A DNA stretch of 63,832 nt, filler included, from Choristocarpus tenellus KU-1152 (taxonomy: Eukaryota; Protista; Phaeophyceae), in NCBI GenBank assembly GCA_964200185.2. It is 13 parts of 13 records of this genome, joined end to end, with 100 filler letters (N's around TTAATTAATTAA, not from the genome) between each part and the next. Parts side by side here need not be neighbours in the genome. Positions count along the whole stretch, not along the records: positions 38,084 to 44,266 come from CAXNAD020008734.1; positions 44,367 to 57,553 come from CAXNAD020001560.1; positions 57,654 to 60,377 come from CAXNAD020025294.1; positions 60,478 to 63,832 come from CAXNAD020020583.1; 9 more parts are not named here. One strand, given 5' to 3'. The stretch's first letter is position 1. Every line of letters starts with the position of its first letter. The translations under genes were made by a program, and so were the position numbers. A model generated the notes under the pieces. It was not told the origin of the DNA, searched no databases, and saw only the letters and a program-made list of their open reading frames with translations. Positions 39,149 through 63,300 of the stretch are shown piece after piece.

Positions 39149-42100
39149 ATGGTGGATAACAGCCAAGAGATGTGTGAGAAAATGAACCCATCTTCTGTTC
39201 CAAGTAGAGCTGGGTGAAATTGCGTAACATTTTTTTTTGAGTGAAATGATTTCATCGGATGATGACACGACCATATAGCATCCACCCCCTACCATCCTTG
39301 TCACATTGCCGCTACAGCCTCCGAGAAGCAGCTGTCCCGTCTGGCGCGGGCCCATTCGAAGTTGGAAGCAGACTCGAAGGACTCATTTTATCGACTAGGA
39401 GTGTGGGTTGCCACGCACACGTGTATTACACTGAGCGTATCCATTTTCTTGGTCATCCTGTGCATGTTTGGCTTTGCTAATTTCAGTGTTGAGAGCGAGG
39501 GTGAGTGGACTCTTTCGCGAATGCAGAGACATCTATGGTTTCAATCACGATGGTAGTAGCATTGTACACACACCGACAAATTGTTACGATCTACCATCCA
39601 TACAGATTACTCCACCATCATTTTTGGTGGTCGAACCAGAAGGTCATCGCAGACCACAAGGGGGTCTACTTCCTCCTACATCAATTTTGACTTACTGCTA
39701 CCTACTACTCAGTATTGCTCAGGAGTATATGGAATGTCTCTCCCTTTCTTGTACTCTCCACCACTTCCCAACTCAAACTTTCAATTTTGCCTTGTGTACA
39801 AATCAGGTGAAAAGTTGTGGACTCCAGCCGAATCTCGAAGTAAAAGCGAGGAGAAAATCATTTTGACATCGTTTGATGATGGTGAGTGTCATACGTTGTA
39901 GTCCCGACATTTTCATCTCAGATCCGTTTGTCTTCTATTGCGAAGTGGAGGGGGTCTCCAACATTTCAACACTATCAGAAGTTGTAGGTTCAAATCCTGC
40001 TATGATGATTTCTCAACGTGAGGATATGTAATATTATAGTATAATATTCTCAAGTAGTTCTATAGCGAAGTTGTCATTGAGAGATCGGTCAAGGGAAAAG
40101 TCTCTAGAATTGAGACGATCGTTCGGGGAGAGTGGGCAACTTGGGCAACTTGTAGGGTAATGGTCCACAGATTCTGCTGGGTAGTACGTTGACTTCTGAT
40201 ATCGTCAAATGAGATACCACTATTCCACCACTGCAGCCTGTGGCGACTGCCTGCTTTGGTGGAATAATAGTGGATATCTCCATAGTCGACATACCTGCCC
40301 ACCTTGCACTTTGCCGTGTTAATGACGAGTACGACTCCAGCCAAGCGTGTACAGAATGTGTATATTGGTGCTATATCCAATGACTAAGGTTGTAGAAAAC
40401 ATGCTGACGACTGTCAATACGTTATTTTACACATGGGCATCGAGACCTGGACACATATATGCTCACAAATCCAGTGATTGTTTCGGGGTGTATACTGTTA
40501 ATAAAATAATGCATTATACTCTATCATATTTTAAATCAGTATACATTGTGTAGATGATCAGTTTCCGTTTGTTTTGGCAGTGGGGGGGGAGTTGTATCGA
40601 CATTAAGAACACAGAGAACACAAGGTAGGTGTGGATTGTTGTATCCACATTGCTCCATATAGTGCACCCCCTGCATCGGGTTTGTCCCTTGTAGGATATC
40701 CATTACTTTTAGTGGTGAAACGACTTTTTCTGACTCAAAGAATGTGATCATTTTTGAGGTATGCAAGACATTTGCCAGGTGTGACCAGTTGCACATTGCT
40801 ATTTCATCCAACAGAAATGCCTGTATCTGTCTTATTACCCCCATTGCGATCAAGGTACTCTGTCCCCCTCCTTACTATGGAGCTCCCTTTGGGGTTCGTG
40901 GACACCCCATGAACTAAACCCTGGAGATCTTCATGCCTACTGCCAATATTTGTTTTCTTGTGTGCAGACACCGACTTTGCGGTTCTACTCTTCACAACAA
41001 AGATCAAAGATGGCAACGTATTGACCAAGACAGCATTTGACGAGCTGTGGATCATGAACAACTTCCTCTATGATATTGAGGTAAAAGCACACAAAATTTG
41101 GTTCGATCTTTTCATGATGGAGTCCCTTTGTACCTACTATAGATATATGTGAGTCGGCTTTCAAATCCTCAATAGCAGTTAGTTTACAGTTAATCAATGC
41201 AGGTCGTTAACCTGCTGGGTGTGCACTTTTGGTCATGAGGGTCAACGACAGACTGTTGTTGAATTGTAATCATTCGGACTTGCAAGCCAGGTCAACATGC
41301 AGTGTGTACATGGTGCACAATATACCATCTTGTATGAAATACCTATAGTAGGGAGAAGAATGATCCCACAACAATTAAGTCAACGTTGGAGCACTACGAC
41401 AACCCCAGGAACCAAGGAATATTAAAACCCTCCTTCTCCAATCCTTGATCCTACCCCCTCGTGATACTGCTGCCATTGACCATATGGGATTCACTTACAG
41501 ACAGATGTTGGAAACACATTTGTGGATCTGTGCGAAAAGGGGAGTGATGGGATCACTTGCACACAGCCCTTTCGAGGCCCAACTCGCTTCTGGAGCTCCA
41601 ACTACACCCTTTACCAGGTCTCGCTGTCCTGTCGCCTATCCTTCACCCTAGTATCCCATGGTGTCAATGACAGGTTATCGACCCATTTTTGGGGGATATG
41701 GAGTGACGGTATTGAGTGGACCTAATAAACAAGCATGAAAATGATGACTTGTCTGTGAAGTTCGATACTATTGGAGAAGTATTGCTGTGCCTAAGGATGA
41801 ATGAGCGGTGGGGTAGAAGTATTGTAAGTAGTTGCAATTGCAAAGTATTCCGAGACCTCAACATGTTGACGACTGACGGTTCTCTAAGTCTCGCCTAAAA
41901 ATTGCAAAAGACGTGACACAGGCTTTCTTGGTTGCGTGTAATCACATAGCAACCATTCCTCGTCCTCTTTACCTGCACGACCTTTATTTCCCATCCAACA
42001 CAGAATCGTGGTAGATTGAGAATACCTCACCATCAGTCCCTCTTATCCACACACACCGTCCCTCCAGGGCACTGTTTCAAACGACGCTGATATTCTGCTG

Positions 42101-44186
42101 GCTGTGAATGCGGACACCTTTCCTGACGGGGATGAAGTCACACTGGAGGCATTGTTTGGTAATGCCATGGTCTTCAATGAGACGACAGGGGACCTGATCA
42201 GCGCAGAGGCAATATCACAGGTTCAGCATGGCTGCCAACAATTGCAACCTTGTGATTAGATATAGGGTTAGAGTTGATGTTAAAGACCAGACCTCTATTG
42301 GAGTCGTGAGTCCAGGAAGGTTTCTCCTCGCCATGCCAGGCATCGCCAGGCACCAAAGACCGCACCTTAATGCTCCTCCTTTACATCCTTGCATACCTGA
42401 CGCTTGTCCAATGCTCATTTTCATCTGCGTGTTGTTCGCTATTGACTATTTGCCGTTGAATGCTTTGGATTATTCTCTTACGTTTACCTTTGTAAAGTCC
42501 TACACTCTGCAGTCAGGGACTGACGAGCAGGAGGACGAGGCGTTAGAGTGGGAAGATAAACTCCAAAGTGATATTGATGACCGAGCAGCAACTCTGACAG
42601 AGGTGAGGATAGAAATGCACGCGTGTTTCAAACTTAAAACCACACTTTGTGCATGTAAAGCTCGGGAGTCTCACGTTGTTGCTTGAGGTATTTGAGAGTG
42701 TCGTTGAATATATCTAATGTACTTTCTACTTTGTTCATTCTTGACCTTTTCCTGTGTTGTCATTGTCGGTCACTCCCCTTTTCATATATAGCAAGTCGTT
42801 TCATATGTATATATATATATATTACTTTGAAGAATTTGGGAGATATATATATAACTGGAGAGTGGTATTGGTGTGTGAAAAAATGCCTCAAAATCATACT
42901 TTCCATGCATGGTTACGATCTGTGTGTACTTGTGAGGGCAAAATTTATGGTTTGAAGAATATGCTTGCTGTGGTGAGATGTTATTTTTCCAACAGGATTT
43001 TTGGGAGATCTCCTTAATGCAATCCCCAATAATGAGGCTTGTTGAGGGGTAGAGTTTTCCTCATTTCTCATTGTTACGAATTCCACATAGTACATTTTGC
43101 ACTGGAATAATGTTGTCACTCGTTCTCAGTATGCAGCACTACTTCACGAAACTCTATTTTGGTCTCAATCAGCCCCATCTACTTCGTTGATGATAGTTTT
43201 ATATGTGTTTTTCTTTGTGGACATTTTTTCCCCTTTGCCTCTCCTTCAGATCGACTTGCTATATTTGACAGGGCAGTCAATCGACGATGAGTTGGCAGAA
43301 TCAGTCAGTGGGGAGTTCCATCTATTGGCCATCACATGTAAGAGAGATTCCACTCACCCGCCACTGTAGTCAAGAAGCCAAATGCAATGATGTACTTCGA
43401 CCTAACTTGCTTTTTCAGTTCCAATGATATCATTATTTTGTGTTGTATCCTTTCACATGCTGCGTAATCTTAAAAACAGGGGAGACAGGACAAGACAGGA
43501 TACATTTAGGGGCAATTAGATATGTAGAGGTATTTTGGCAACCAACCATAGTAAAATCTTCAAGAGTTCTACTTTGTTCAACTCAGGTCCAACATTGCCA
43601 CACCAGGAGTGTTATCGAGCATGCCATCCGCACACACCCAACGTAACTTGTTCACCTTGTACTGCCCTCTGCCCTGCTGCATTGCGTACATTGGTCCTTC
43701 ATGACTCTACTGCAGACATCATGATGATTGCGTTTGTATGTGCTGTGCTAGGACATGGTGGTCGTGGTTGTGTTGGATTGCGCACACTTTTGGGTGTAGG
43801 AGGAATTATACTAGTGCTGTTGGCAATGTCGGCAGCTTATGGGATCAACAGTGCCTTTGGTGAGTGAAACAGTCTACGGTGCCAGTCGAGACAAGGGGAG
43901 AATAACGAAGTCAGGGTACGAGGTAATGGTGGGTCACAGGAGAAGTACTAGAGCCTTGTGTTTTGACCTGGAGGATTGTGTGGCATTTTATGACATATAT
44001 ACATAGGTTGGTGGTCCCTCTATCCTTGCCATGTGCAAATAATACTTATCATACCTTGCCTCAATTATCTACTCTGCAGCATCGTCCCTTTTCCCTTACC
44101 ATGCCAATGCCTGTGCAGGTGTTCCTTTCACAGCGCTCTCACAGATCCTGCCTTTCATCCTGGTCGGCATCGGAGTTGACGACATG
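39149..44186 (+). CDS. Patched/NPC1-family sterol-sensing-domain membrane protein, 3' partial. Exons (first uncertain, ~39149-39203) 39318-39500, 39807-39881, 40968-41080, 41501-41617, 42068-42220, 42498-42602, 43250-43337, 43716-43859, 44119-44186
   Basis: FYRLGVWVA plus TM1; KLWTPAESRSKSE; GNVLTK; ALEWE; SIDDEL; LPFILVGIGVDDM (SSD GxxxDD); canonical splice sites. Confidence 0.92.
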
Positions 44187-45243
44187 GTTGGTGCACTTTG
44201 CTTAGTCACCCAAAGTATCTGGGGGGGGGGGGGGGGGGGCACAACCAGGGGGGCCTTTTGGACCATNNNNNNNNNNNNNNNNNNNNNNNNNNNNNNNNNN
44301 NNNNNNNNNNTTAATTAATTAANNNNNNNNNNNNNNNNNNNNNNNNNNNNNNNNNNNNNNNNNNNNCTCGGCATGCTTCGAGACCTGGGGGGCATGGATG
44401 GAGTGCTGGAAGATGCTATCACAACATGCCAACAGGTATCCACTGACATTTTCTTTAAATAACCCAGACATGCATGCACATCAACCTTCCAGACAGAGTG
44501 CAACACCAGAGATTGGTTGACTCATTACCAAAGCATGAACTAAGATGGATACAATGTTCAACAAGTGGTAACAGTGGGGGAAAGGCAAGGTAGAGACCCA
44601 CGCTTTGAGGAAGGAAACACCAGTATCTACATTCCCCGTCTTTTGTTTGTAGTTACAATAATCGCTTTGATTTGTGCGAAAAAATGGTAATTTCCAGCAG
44701 AATGCCCAGTGCAATGACAATGGACAACATTCTATTCTGCTTGTCAAAGTAATAATACAATGTGGAACACTAGACCTGCACCGAGTTGAATAATAATGTA
44801 GAAACGATTTGCTGCTCACTTTATTGGTATTAACTAGATGTCTACTTCAAACGGGTTAATATAACTAGTTGACGTGGGGTTAGGCCCAAAATGATTTAGT
44901 GAGTCACAAAACACTTTGACATAGTGCTGCAGAACCCTAGTGCCTCAGAGAGCACAGAAGCATACACTACTGTTGTCTCTTAGGGGACAAAATGTGGATT
45001 ATGAGTAATAATCTAGAGGGAACACCAATACTTGCCGTAAATCCAAGACTAGGTCAGTCCTTTCCTATTCAGTAAGAATATTAAGTAAAAAAAGCCATGT
45101 ATCGAATTCCGACATTCACGCGCCTTTCGGATATTCTAGGGAGGGCCACAGTGATTATTTTCCAGCCCGGATGTAGATACTGCACTACAAAGACGGCAGC
45201 TAAATTGATATATTCTACAAGATACAAAACAAAAACTTTACCA

Positions 45244-45373
45244 AGTGTGTCCTAGTAACACTCCTCGAAAAGACTCCACAACATAAACACAATAGTCAAA
45301 ATTCATCAAAATTGCAACATCAGATTTATGATCCCAGACGGACGCGGCCCTACCCTCTTACATGCTTTGGCTC
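45244..45373. mobile_element. MITE family A, diverged half copy
   Basis: CAAAATTGCAACAT...GGACGCGGCCCTACCCTCTTACATGCTTTGGCTC. Confidence 0.8.
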
Positions 45374-46021
45374 ACATACTCTGAGCATCTTACTAAATTC
45401 TACCCTCTCGCCGGAAAAACAGGACATGCTGACATTACTTGACAATAAATTCATTCTCTGCACTGAATGTGCTTCGGCCAACATTGAGAAGAATGAACTC
45501 TCAATAGTCAGTTCAAATACCCATTCAAACATATTTTGCGTGGTTTGGTGAGAGCAGAGAGGACCTAAGGAACATCAAAACAGAACCTAAATTTGAAATT
45601 GCTAGTCATAGGCCTTCTACTCTGTTACTTGCCTCACCCGTCGGTAAGAACATGCCTGAGATTACCAAAAGAAATAATCTGGTGCTTGTTGGAAGGAGGG
45701 CAAAAAATCATGAAAGTCCTTCAAGGCAGCAAAAACGGGTCCTTGACCACCCAATGGGCCCAGTCACAAAATCGCTGCTCACATATTACCTCTATTATGG
45801 GACAGAAAGTACACCCAAGTACTGAGTAACTTCCTATCATCAATCCAGACACCGCCAGAATGATAGGATGGGCCTTGAATGTGCTTATCATGAAGAACAT
45901 TTTTTCCCTACGTTTCCATTTATCCAACTATCCTTTAAATCAATGCTCAGAAGTAGCTACTTATTCGGAGGAGGTCTGTACTCTGGAGTTACTCAACAGA
46001 TAAGCAGGGTTGGTAACCAAA

Positions 46022-46279
46022 GAGTGAAATTATCTTATAGTGTACGAGTTTTGCCCTGTTTGTCCGTTTGGGGCTTGGCCTCCCATGGGTTTTTTTATAA
46101 CATTTTCGTACTCCAAAATGTTTTGGAGTAGGTAAAATGTACACGTTATGAAATGGTGTGTCTGGAACAAGGATACTGACACTTCTTAAAAACACGACAG
46201 CCAAAATTATATCAAAATCGGAACATTGGATTTTGGTCGCCAAATGGACGCGGTCCTATCCTCTAAGATACTTTGACTC
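46022..46279. mobile_element. MITE family A, full length
   Basis: GAGTGAAATTATCTTA...CCTCTAAGATACTTTGACTC. Confidence 0.9.
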
Positions 46280-46827
46280 AAGAGCATATCAAGTCGACAG
46301 AGAGTAAGTAGGTAATGCTGATAAGAGGGAGTCATCCCCAACTGACAAGTGTGCTAGGTGGTGATACTATACTTGGATTCTTCCTTCACAGCAAAAGGAT
46401 TGTGTAGAACTCTTCAATCACTGGAATCAACTAAGCACAGCTTCGTTGTGGTGACAAACAATATGACAATGAATGTACTGCCCCTGGGATTCCTGGTCAA
46501 CTGAAGGGGCTGCCTGACATAAAGAACACCAACCATGCATAAATTCCATATGCATATATGCAAACTGTATGTGAGAACATAAAGTTATTGATATGCATCA
46601 AGACTCAAATCTGACATGCTTGAGTGCAATACCTCTCAAATTGCGATAACGAGATTGCATATTAACCAAGTAGAAAATTTTACGTTTTTCAACATCACTC
46701 GGTTTTTGAGTTTCAAACCTGGATTTGGATAGTGATAAAACAACGCAACCCGACAGAAAAAGGTTTATTCTGAATTGCATTCAATGAGAACCCCCCTCAA
46801 CTTGACTGTCCTCGTCCTTTTCTACAG

Positions 46828-56720
<9,893 letters not shown>

Positions 56721-56961
56721 GTGAGTGCTTCAAAAAGAGCGCATGAAGAATGGGTATCTCGAGTCAAGAAAAATTATAAATTGAAGGACAACATTGTGTT
56801 GCTCAAAAAAATTGAGCATATTTTTTAATATATTACATTCTACCTTCCCATGACAGTGAGAACTGCTTAAATAAGAGGGCATGCAAGTCACTCTGAAGTG
56901 GGTGGATAGGTCCCAACAAGGGATACATACAGACCTCCACTCAATATGAGTTTGCACATAT

Positions 56962-57222
56962 GTGGGCCACGTCCGTTTAGGGTCGTAAATCCAATGTTGC
57001 GATTTTGACGTAATTTTGTCTATTGTGTTTGTTAGGAAGTGTCAATATCCTTGTTCCGGACACACCTTTCATAGTCGTGTATATTTTTCCCACTCCGGAA
57101 TGCTTCGGATTAGGCAGCTGTATTTACAGAAAACATAAAAAAGGGCGTAAAAAACCTGTAGGAATTCAAGCCCCGAATAAACAAACCTGGGTAATCTCCT
57201 ACCCTCTGACATACTTTGGATC
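56962..57222. mobile_element. MITE family A, old diverged copy
   Basis: AAATCCAATGTTGCGATTTTG...GTGTCAATATCCTTGTTCCGGACACACC...TACCCTCTGACATACTTTGGATC. Confidence 0.82.
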
Positions 57223-58340
57223 AAAAGGCATATTTTTTGCCCTTACTTGGGGTCCTTAAAATATAACCCTCCCTACCTCTGAGTTGGCTTGACTCAATAT
57301 TGTCCAATACATTGGAGGGGTGTGGCGCAAAGTTGACAAAAAGGCCTATTATTTGACCCAGAGCAATGGATCTCACACCCCTGTGTGCAAAAATCATGAT
57401 GGGGAAATCAGGAATGGATAAATATAAATCAGTAACACAAGCCTAACTCACATTGTCAAGGATGATATATATAGAAAATCCGGATTTGAGTACTACATGT
57501 TACTTTCAATAAAAGGGCCAAATTATCTGGGGGGGGGGGGGGGGGTTGGCACCNNNNNNNNNNNNNNNNNNNNNNNNNNNNNNNNNNNNNNNNNNNNTTA
57601 ATTAATTAANNNNNNNNNNNNNNNNNNNNNNNNNNNNNNNNNNNNNNNNNNNNGGGGGGACTGGTGTTGGGAAGTGGGGGTGGAGGGGTGGACGGGCGGT
57701 GGCATCCGCACCCGTGGAGTACAGGGCGACTCTGAGAGGGGGGATGGGGGAGGGTGGTGATGAGTCTGTTTCTAGGGAAGGAGGTGTGGCAGGTGTGTGG
57801 TTGGGTTTTTATGGGTGTAGATAGATAGGGAGGATGGGGGGAGGGAGGGAGGGAGGGAGGGAGGTATATATGAGAGATTGATGTGGAAGGATGTTTCTTT
57901 TTTCTTGAGTGGTGATGCTAGTGCTTTGTGTGTGTGTGTGTTGGTGTTGGTGTGGTTGGAACATTCGTTTTTTTTATTTATTGTTTTAGATAGTGTACGT
58001 GCTTTTTTTTATATTCTATGCTTTTGATCTCCTGTATCCCTCTCGACACCACCCGTCAAACAATCACGATAGACAGTTCACACCCTATCCCTCATTTGAT
58101 TTGATTTGTTCACTTCCCTTTTTTTGTCCCTAGCCCTAACCCAAACCCAACCTACTAATACTATTTTACTATTACTGTTGATATTAATTGTATAAACATG
58201 GTATCCTAGTCAACTTAGACTCCGCAGTATGAAGACAACATGACGCACGCTCATCCTCATGTCTCCACCCTTCCTATCTCCCTCCCCCCCCCTCCCTCCC
58301 TCCCCTTTGCCCTTCCCCCAACACTTACATATTTTCTAGC

Positions 58341-58542
58341 ACCTACTGAAAGAAGGGGTGACAGACACAGGGCACGGTCTCAGTTAACGCCTCTGGAGTT
58401 GCAACGAGCAGCGAGTGACAGTTTTGGATTGGGGGAGGGGGAGGCAGAGGGTGCTGGGGGAGGGGGGAGGGGGAGGGGGGAAGGAGAGGAGAAGAAACGG
58501 CCTCGCAAGATCTGGACATTCGGCCGGCGAAGAAGGTGTTGA
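58341..58542 (+). CDS. Possible terminal exon of an unidentified gene, followed by microsatellite-rich 3' sequence
   Basis: Pyrimidine tract and TTTTCTAG acceptor, then an open frame PTERRGDRHRARSQLTPLELQRAASDSFG... to a stop. Confidence 0.35.
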
Positions 58543-59640
58543 GGATTTGTTAATTTGTTGGTTGGCGTATTGGTACGAGCTGTGGGTTCTGTGTACTGTA
58601 CAAGTAATACTGTGGAGGAGTTTGTATGTGTCTATATTATTGGAGGGATACATACTTGTGTTTGCCAGAAAGGAGAGTTGTGGGCTCGAGAGAGAGAGAG
58701 AGAGAGAGAGAGAGACTAAATTTTGTTTTTTGTTGGGCTGTGTATGTGAATACTTTTATAACTTGAAAAAAAATGGTCGTTGTGCTTGCAAGTCGCTGTT
58801 TGTGTGTGTGTGTGTGTGTGTGTATTCAGGGGTATGTGTGAGCGATATTTTTTTTGTTAATGATGGTTCCATTGTGTTTGTAGGGGGTGATGTGGTGTAG
58901 TTTGTTTGTTTTTTTAGTAAGGGGTAGGAGGACTTTTGAAAATATATATATGTATATATGTATGTATATATATATATATCACATCTGCTTAGTTGTTAAA
59001 AGTATGTGCCTTCCATCTACCTTGTCAAACCTCAAGCTGTAGGGCATACTACCATCCACATGGACTTTGTTTGCATCATAGACACATACACACACATACA
59101 CATACACATGTGAAGGCGCCCTTATTCTTGTTCTTATTCTTGTTCTTATTTTTGTGGCTAAGCTTGGTGTCCCTCGTGTCCCCTCTGGCCCTTGTCTCAG
59201 GCGTGAATCTGGGAGCTCGCCAACCTCCAATGCCCTCTCAAATACACGTGAGCAATCAGCTTCTGTCTTGGGTCGACTTGTGAGGAAGAGCTCTGGGAGC
59301 GGCGGGCAGCCCTTTGTAGAAAGAGGACGGGCTTCCTTTAGCTGAGGTTTGATTTGAAAGTCGAGGGCATGAAGGGGAACACTCTCATACTTGTATGTCT
59401 AAGTTTGGGCCCTTGTCCTGGCATGGGTTCTATTGTTATTAAAAGGGATTTGATTGTGGCGTTTGTAGAGTGGGCTAAGGCGTGAGAGAGGTGGAACTGC
59501 CCTCTTTTGGGGGAGGCGGGGGGGGGGGGGGGGGGGGGCTTTTTTTTTTTTTTTTGTGCAAGTGCGGGGTTTNNNNNNNNNNTGTTGTGGGGGTTGTTGG
59601 GGGGGGGGTGGGGGGGGGGTGGGGGGGGTGGGGGGGTTGT

Positions 59641-59673
<33 letters not shown>

Positions 59674-60324
59674 GGCATATTTTTTATTCTCTGTGAAAGT
59701 GCAGGGTTTCAAGGGTCGTGTAGGTGAGTATGTGGATTTGGTAATGGTTCCTATAGGTGTGGTAAGATTGAATGAGGTCGATTGCATGTGCACCCTTGAG
59801 TATTTGCTTTCCTCCCTCTAGAGGTGGATTTGTGTTGTATCATTATGCTTGGAGGTGTAGAGGTGTGCTGAGGGATGGATGGGTTAATATGCATTTCGTT
59901 TTTCTGTGCTAGGGTCTTTTGGTATCCTTGACTCTTCTTGTATGGTTTGTGTGTGTGAGAGAGAGAGAGAGATGGAAAGGATATATAGGAGGGCTGGGTA
60001 CTCTTCTGGTTTTACTACTCTCCTAGTGTGTCGGTTGTTTGGACCGATGTGATGATTCCCATTGAATATATACCTTCTTGGGATGGACGGCGGCATGGAT
60101 GGGAAGGAAAGGCATTTTTGTGGTTCAGGGTTGTTTGATTGATTGATTATAGTTACCTTCATTCACTATACAATTAAGCGTTCCTTTTTTTTTTGGAGGA
60201 TATTTTTGACTGTTTCTGTGGACAGAAAATTTCGTGCAACAAATCGTCCAAATTTTCTGGGTTTTGTTTCTAATATTTTGCAGGAATGGGATAGGAGCAT
60301 GCCTTGTAAATACTTTTGGAAATG

Positions 60325-60365
<41 letters not shown>

Positions 60366-63300
60366 AAAATTTTTTTTNNNNNNNNNNNNNNNNNNNNNNN
60401 NNNNNNNNNNNNNNNNNNNNNTTAATTAATTAANNNNNNNNNNNNNNNNNNNNNNNNNNNNNNNNNNNNNNNNNNNNCGGCGCCGGAGGCGGCGGAGGCG
60501 GCGGGGGCGGCGGGGGCGGCGGGGGGGTGAGGAGGGGCAGCAGCAGAATCAATGGTAAGAACAGAAGGTAAGCACACTTTTGACTCATATTTGTCTGTGA
60601 GCATGTTTCAGTGCTGTATGATTGTGTTTACCCCTCATATTCTCTCTATTATTTTAGAGCTCATTTTTATTAATTTTACTTGTGAAAATAGAAGACTCCA
60701 AGTGGTCTAGGGGGCAGTCTAACTAGTTCTCAGTGAATCAATTGTCATGGCTGTACCTACACTGGAAAAAGAAAAAAAAGTTTATGCAATTTTATCTTTT
60801 TCTAACCCTAACCCTACATTTATATCTTATCCTCAAGAGTTTGGTGCATTACTTCAAGACACACCTAATTGCAACTCCTATGTGCTGGCGGTGCCATATA
60901 TACATTTCATTTTCACTAAATTAAAATATGATATTACTGATTCATGGACGTAGTTCATCACATAGAAGTCCTTTTGAAATAGACAAAAAGGATATTCCTG
61001 GGACCTCCGACAAAAAAGCTATGTGCTACCAAAATATATAACTATCATTGTTCTAGTAATACTTAGGTGTATCCCCCTACGGAATTGACATGATTGACCT
61101 GGTTCACAATTCTAACCACAGCAAAAAAGACACTTCATCGATGCTATCAGTACGCCAAAGATAAAAACACCTGTCAAACACACAAGAAGCACCCTACTCT
61201 ACTACATGTACTCTATGTTCAAGTAAGTTAATAGCTGTAAACTCAACTTGAAACTATCAACACCTCAAAGTGAAAGCGTGACCAGCGCAAACTTGCTATG
61301 TACTCTGATAATCGATATTTACTTCAAATTTGATTCTAAGAAGTGGAACAGGCTTTGTGTTATTGTAATCAAGCTCGGACCAAAATGGAAAAATCACATC
61401 CTCGGTTTGCTCTCCCTAGATCTCAACCCCAACCCCCTTCAATGCAGTAGTGCGGGCAAAAATTCACCATGACAAGAAGAGGTACACTAAGAGACTAAAA
61501 CATCACATGCCACTGCCCTACATTCAGCAAGGAGACTTGTCTTAACACTATCAAAGCTATATAGTATACAACACGGAACAAACAACACTATCAATTGGTA
61601 GAGTAATCAAGAGTTTGGAATGGGCCTTCCTGTAACACAGGTTCGACAGAAGCCTCAAAGCACACAGCACCCAGATACAAAACTCATAATTACAACCCAT
61701 TATCAGCCCATTTCTACCGACAATGACCTCCCCAACTCTAGAGATATAGGGAGATGCACATTGAGGCCACTCACTGGCAAAAATAACAGCCATCCAACGT
61801 GGTATGATAGATTTGTTCAGGCACAAACAAGCCGTCCATCTCTCTGTCCCTATCCCCATGCTTGCTTCACCCTGTTGTCCTGTCCCCGCCCTAGACCCTG
61901 CTCTACTGGACCTGGGCTTGGACACATCCGAGTCATCCAGCGCACTATATGTACGAGACTTTGAAGTCCAGAAAGTGACATAAAAGCACCATGTAATGTG
62001 ACATGTAATGTGACAGGAGGCATTAGGCATAGGTTCGGATTGTTAATCCATTCCACTCTTCTTCTAAATGCACCAATGACAACCATAGTTCACAACAATG
62101 GAGGATGCACTTGTTCACATGCCACAAGAACACACCTTGGTCACTCTGAACATGCCCTCACAACATATTTCTCCCCTCCTTTTCACGCACTTGTCGCACC
62201 ATCTGCGGGGGGGCTTGCTCAGATAATTTACCAGGGGCTGCAACAGGTACATGAGAAAAACTTCAAAGGGATACCCAACCAATTGAAGGGGGAATATATG
62301 CAGAGGAGGGTGGGGACGGGGTAGGGTGAGAACAGAGAGAAAACCGTTAGGCTGAGCAGGATAAAGCAAACCTGACAACTATGATGTGAACCCTAACGAC
62401 ACGAGGATGGACGAAATCATGCCCACCAAACGTGACGTCCTGAAAATAACACAGATTTGTTGAAACAGCGTGATCAGGAAGGGATATAGCAATAGTATAC
62501 GTTTCTTAATGTCCTCGGAAGAGATGCGGGCGAAGCTAAATGACGATGCAGAGAATCGACAAAAAAAACTAGGAGAAATACCCATCTTTAGTGGAGGTGC
62601 TCACCCGCGATGGCGAACGGTATCAGGATTTCTCGCAGGTTGAAGAGCATGAAGCCCAGTGCGCATGCTCTGGAGTGACAAAGATAGTTGCAAGGGGTGA
62701 ACATTTTTCAGAAGGAAAGTTAGTGATAGCGAACCCATGACAACAGAGGACACATTGCTTTTTGACGCAAAATACACTACATACTGCAACCTTGTCCAAT
62801 AGGGGTTGCTATTAAGGGATGTTGTAGTTTCGTAGAGGGTGTAATATTGACCAGAGCGAGCAAGCAACATTGGATCGCGATAAATTTGCTTCATAATGGC
62901 TATAACGGAGCATGTGAACATCTATCAAGAAGATTTTACTCAATCTCCCTAACCTGTTGACATGGACAACCGTTGTGTTATCTAGGTAGGTGTACGTCAA
63001 ATCTACAGGCAAGAAAGGCTATGATTCCCCGATATTCTTGGTCCGCTCTCAACCCAGTACTAAGGTTTCCTCCTTGAAGTACCAATAAGACCGTGCACAA
63101 AGATTGGGTCATGCACTGCTCTCTCGATCAACCCAGCTTCTCACGCGATAATGAGGAGGCAGGTCGCAGTCAAGGCCTCTGTACGAAGAATATGTGCCAT
63201 ACCCAAGGCATCCACTGTCACGCCAGGCTTAGCACCCCCTTTGTATCCATCCTCGTAGGGTCCCCGACCCCCTGCGCGGTGTGACCACCACATTGCAATT

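Noticed and set aside
39970-40005. tRNA T-arm/B-box-like GTAGGTTCAAATCCTGC
   Set aside because: No convincing acceptor stem, D-arm or A-box; at most a tRNA or SINE relic
59475-60433. Gly/Pro-rich ORFs from poly-G runs
   Set aside because: Low-quality homopolymer sequence next to gaps; not credible proteins
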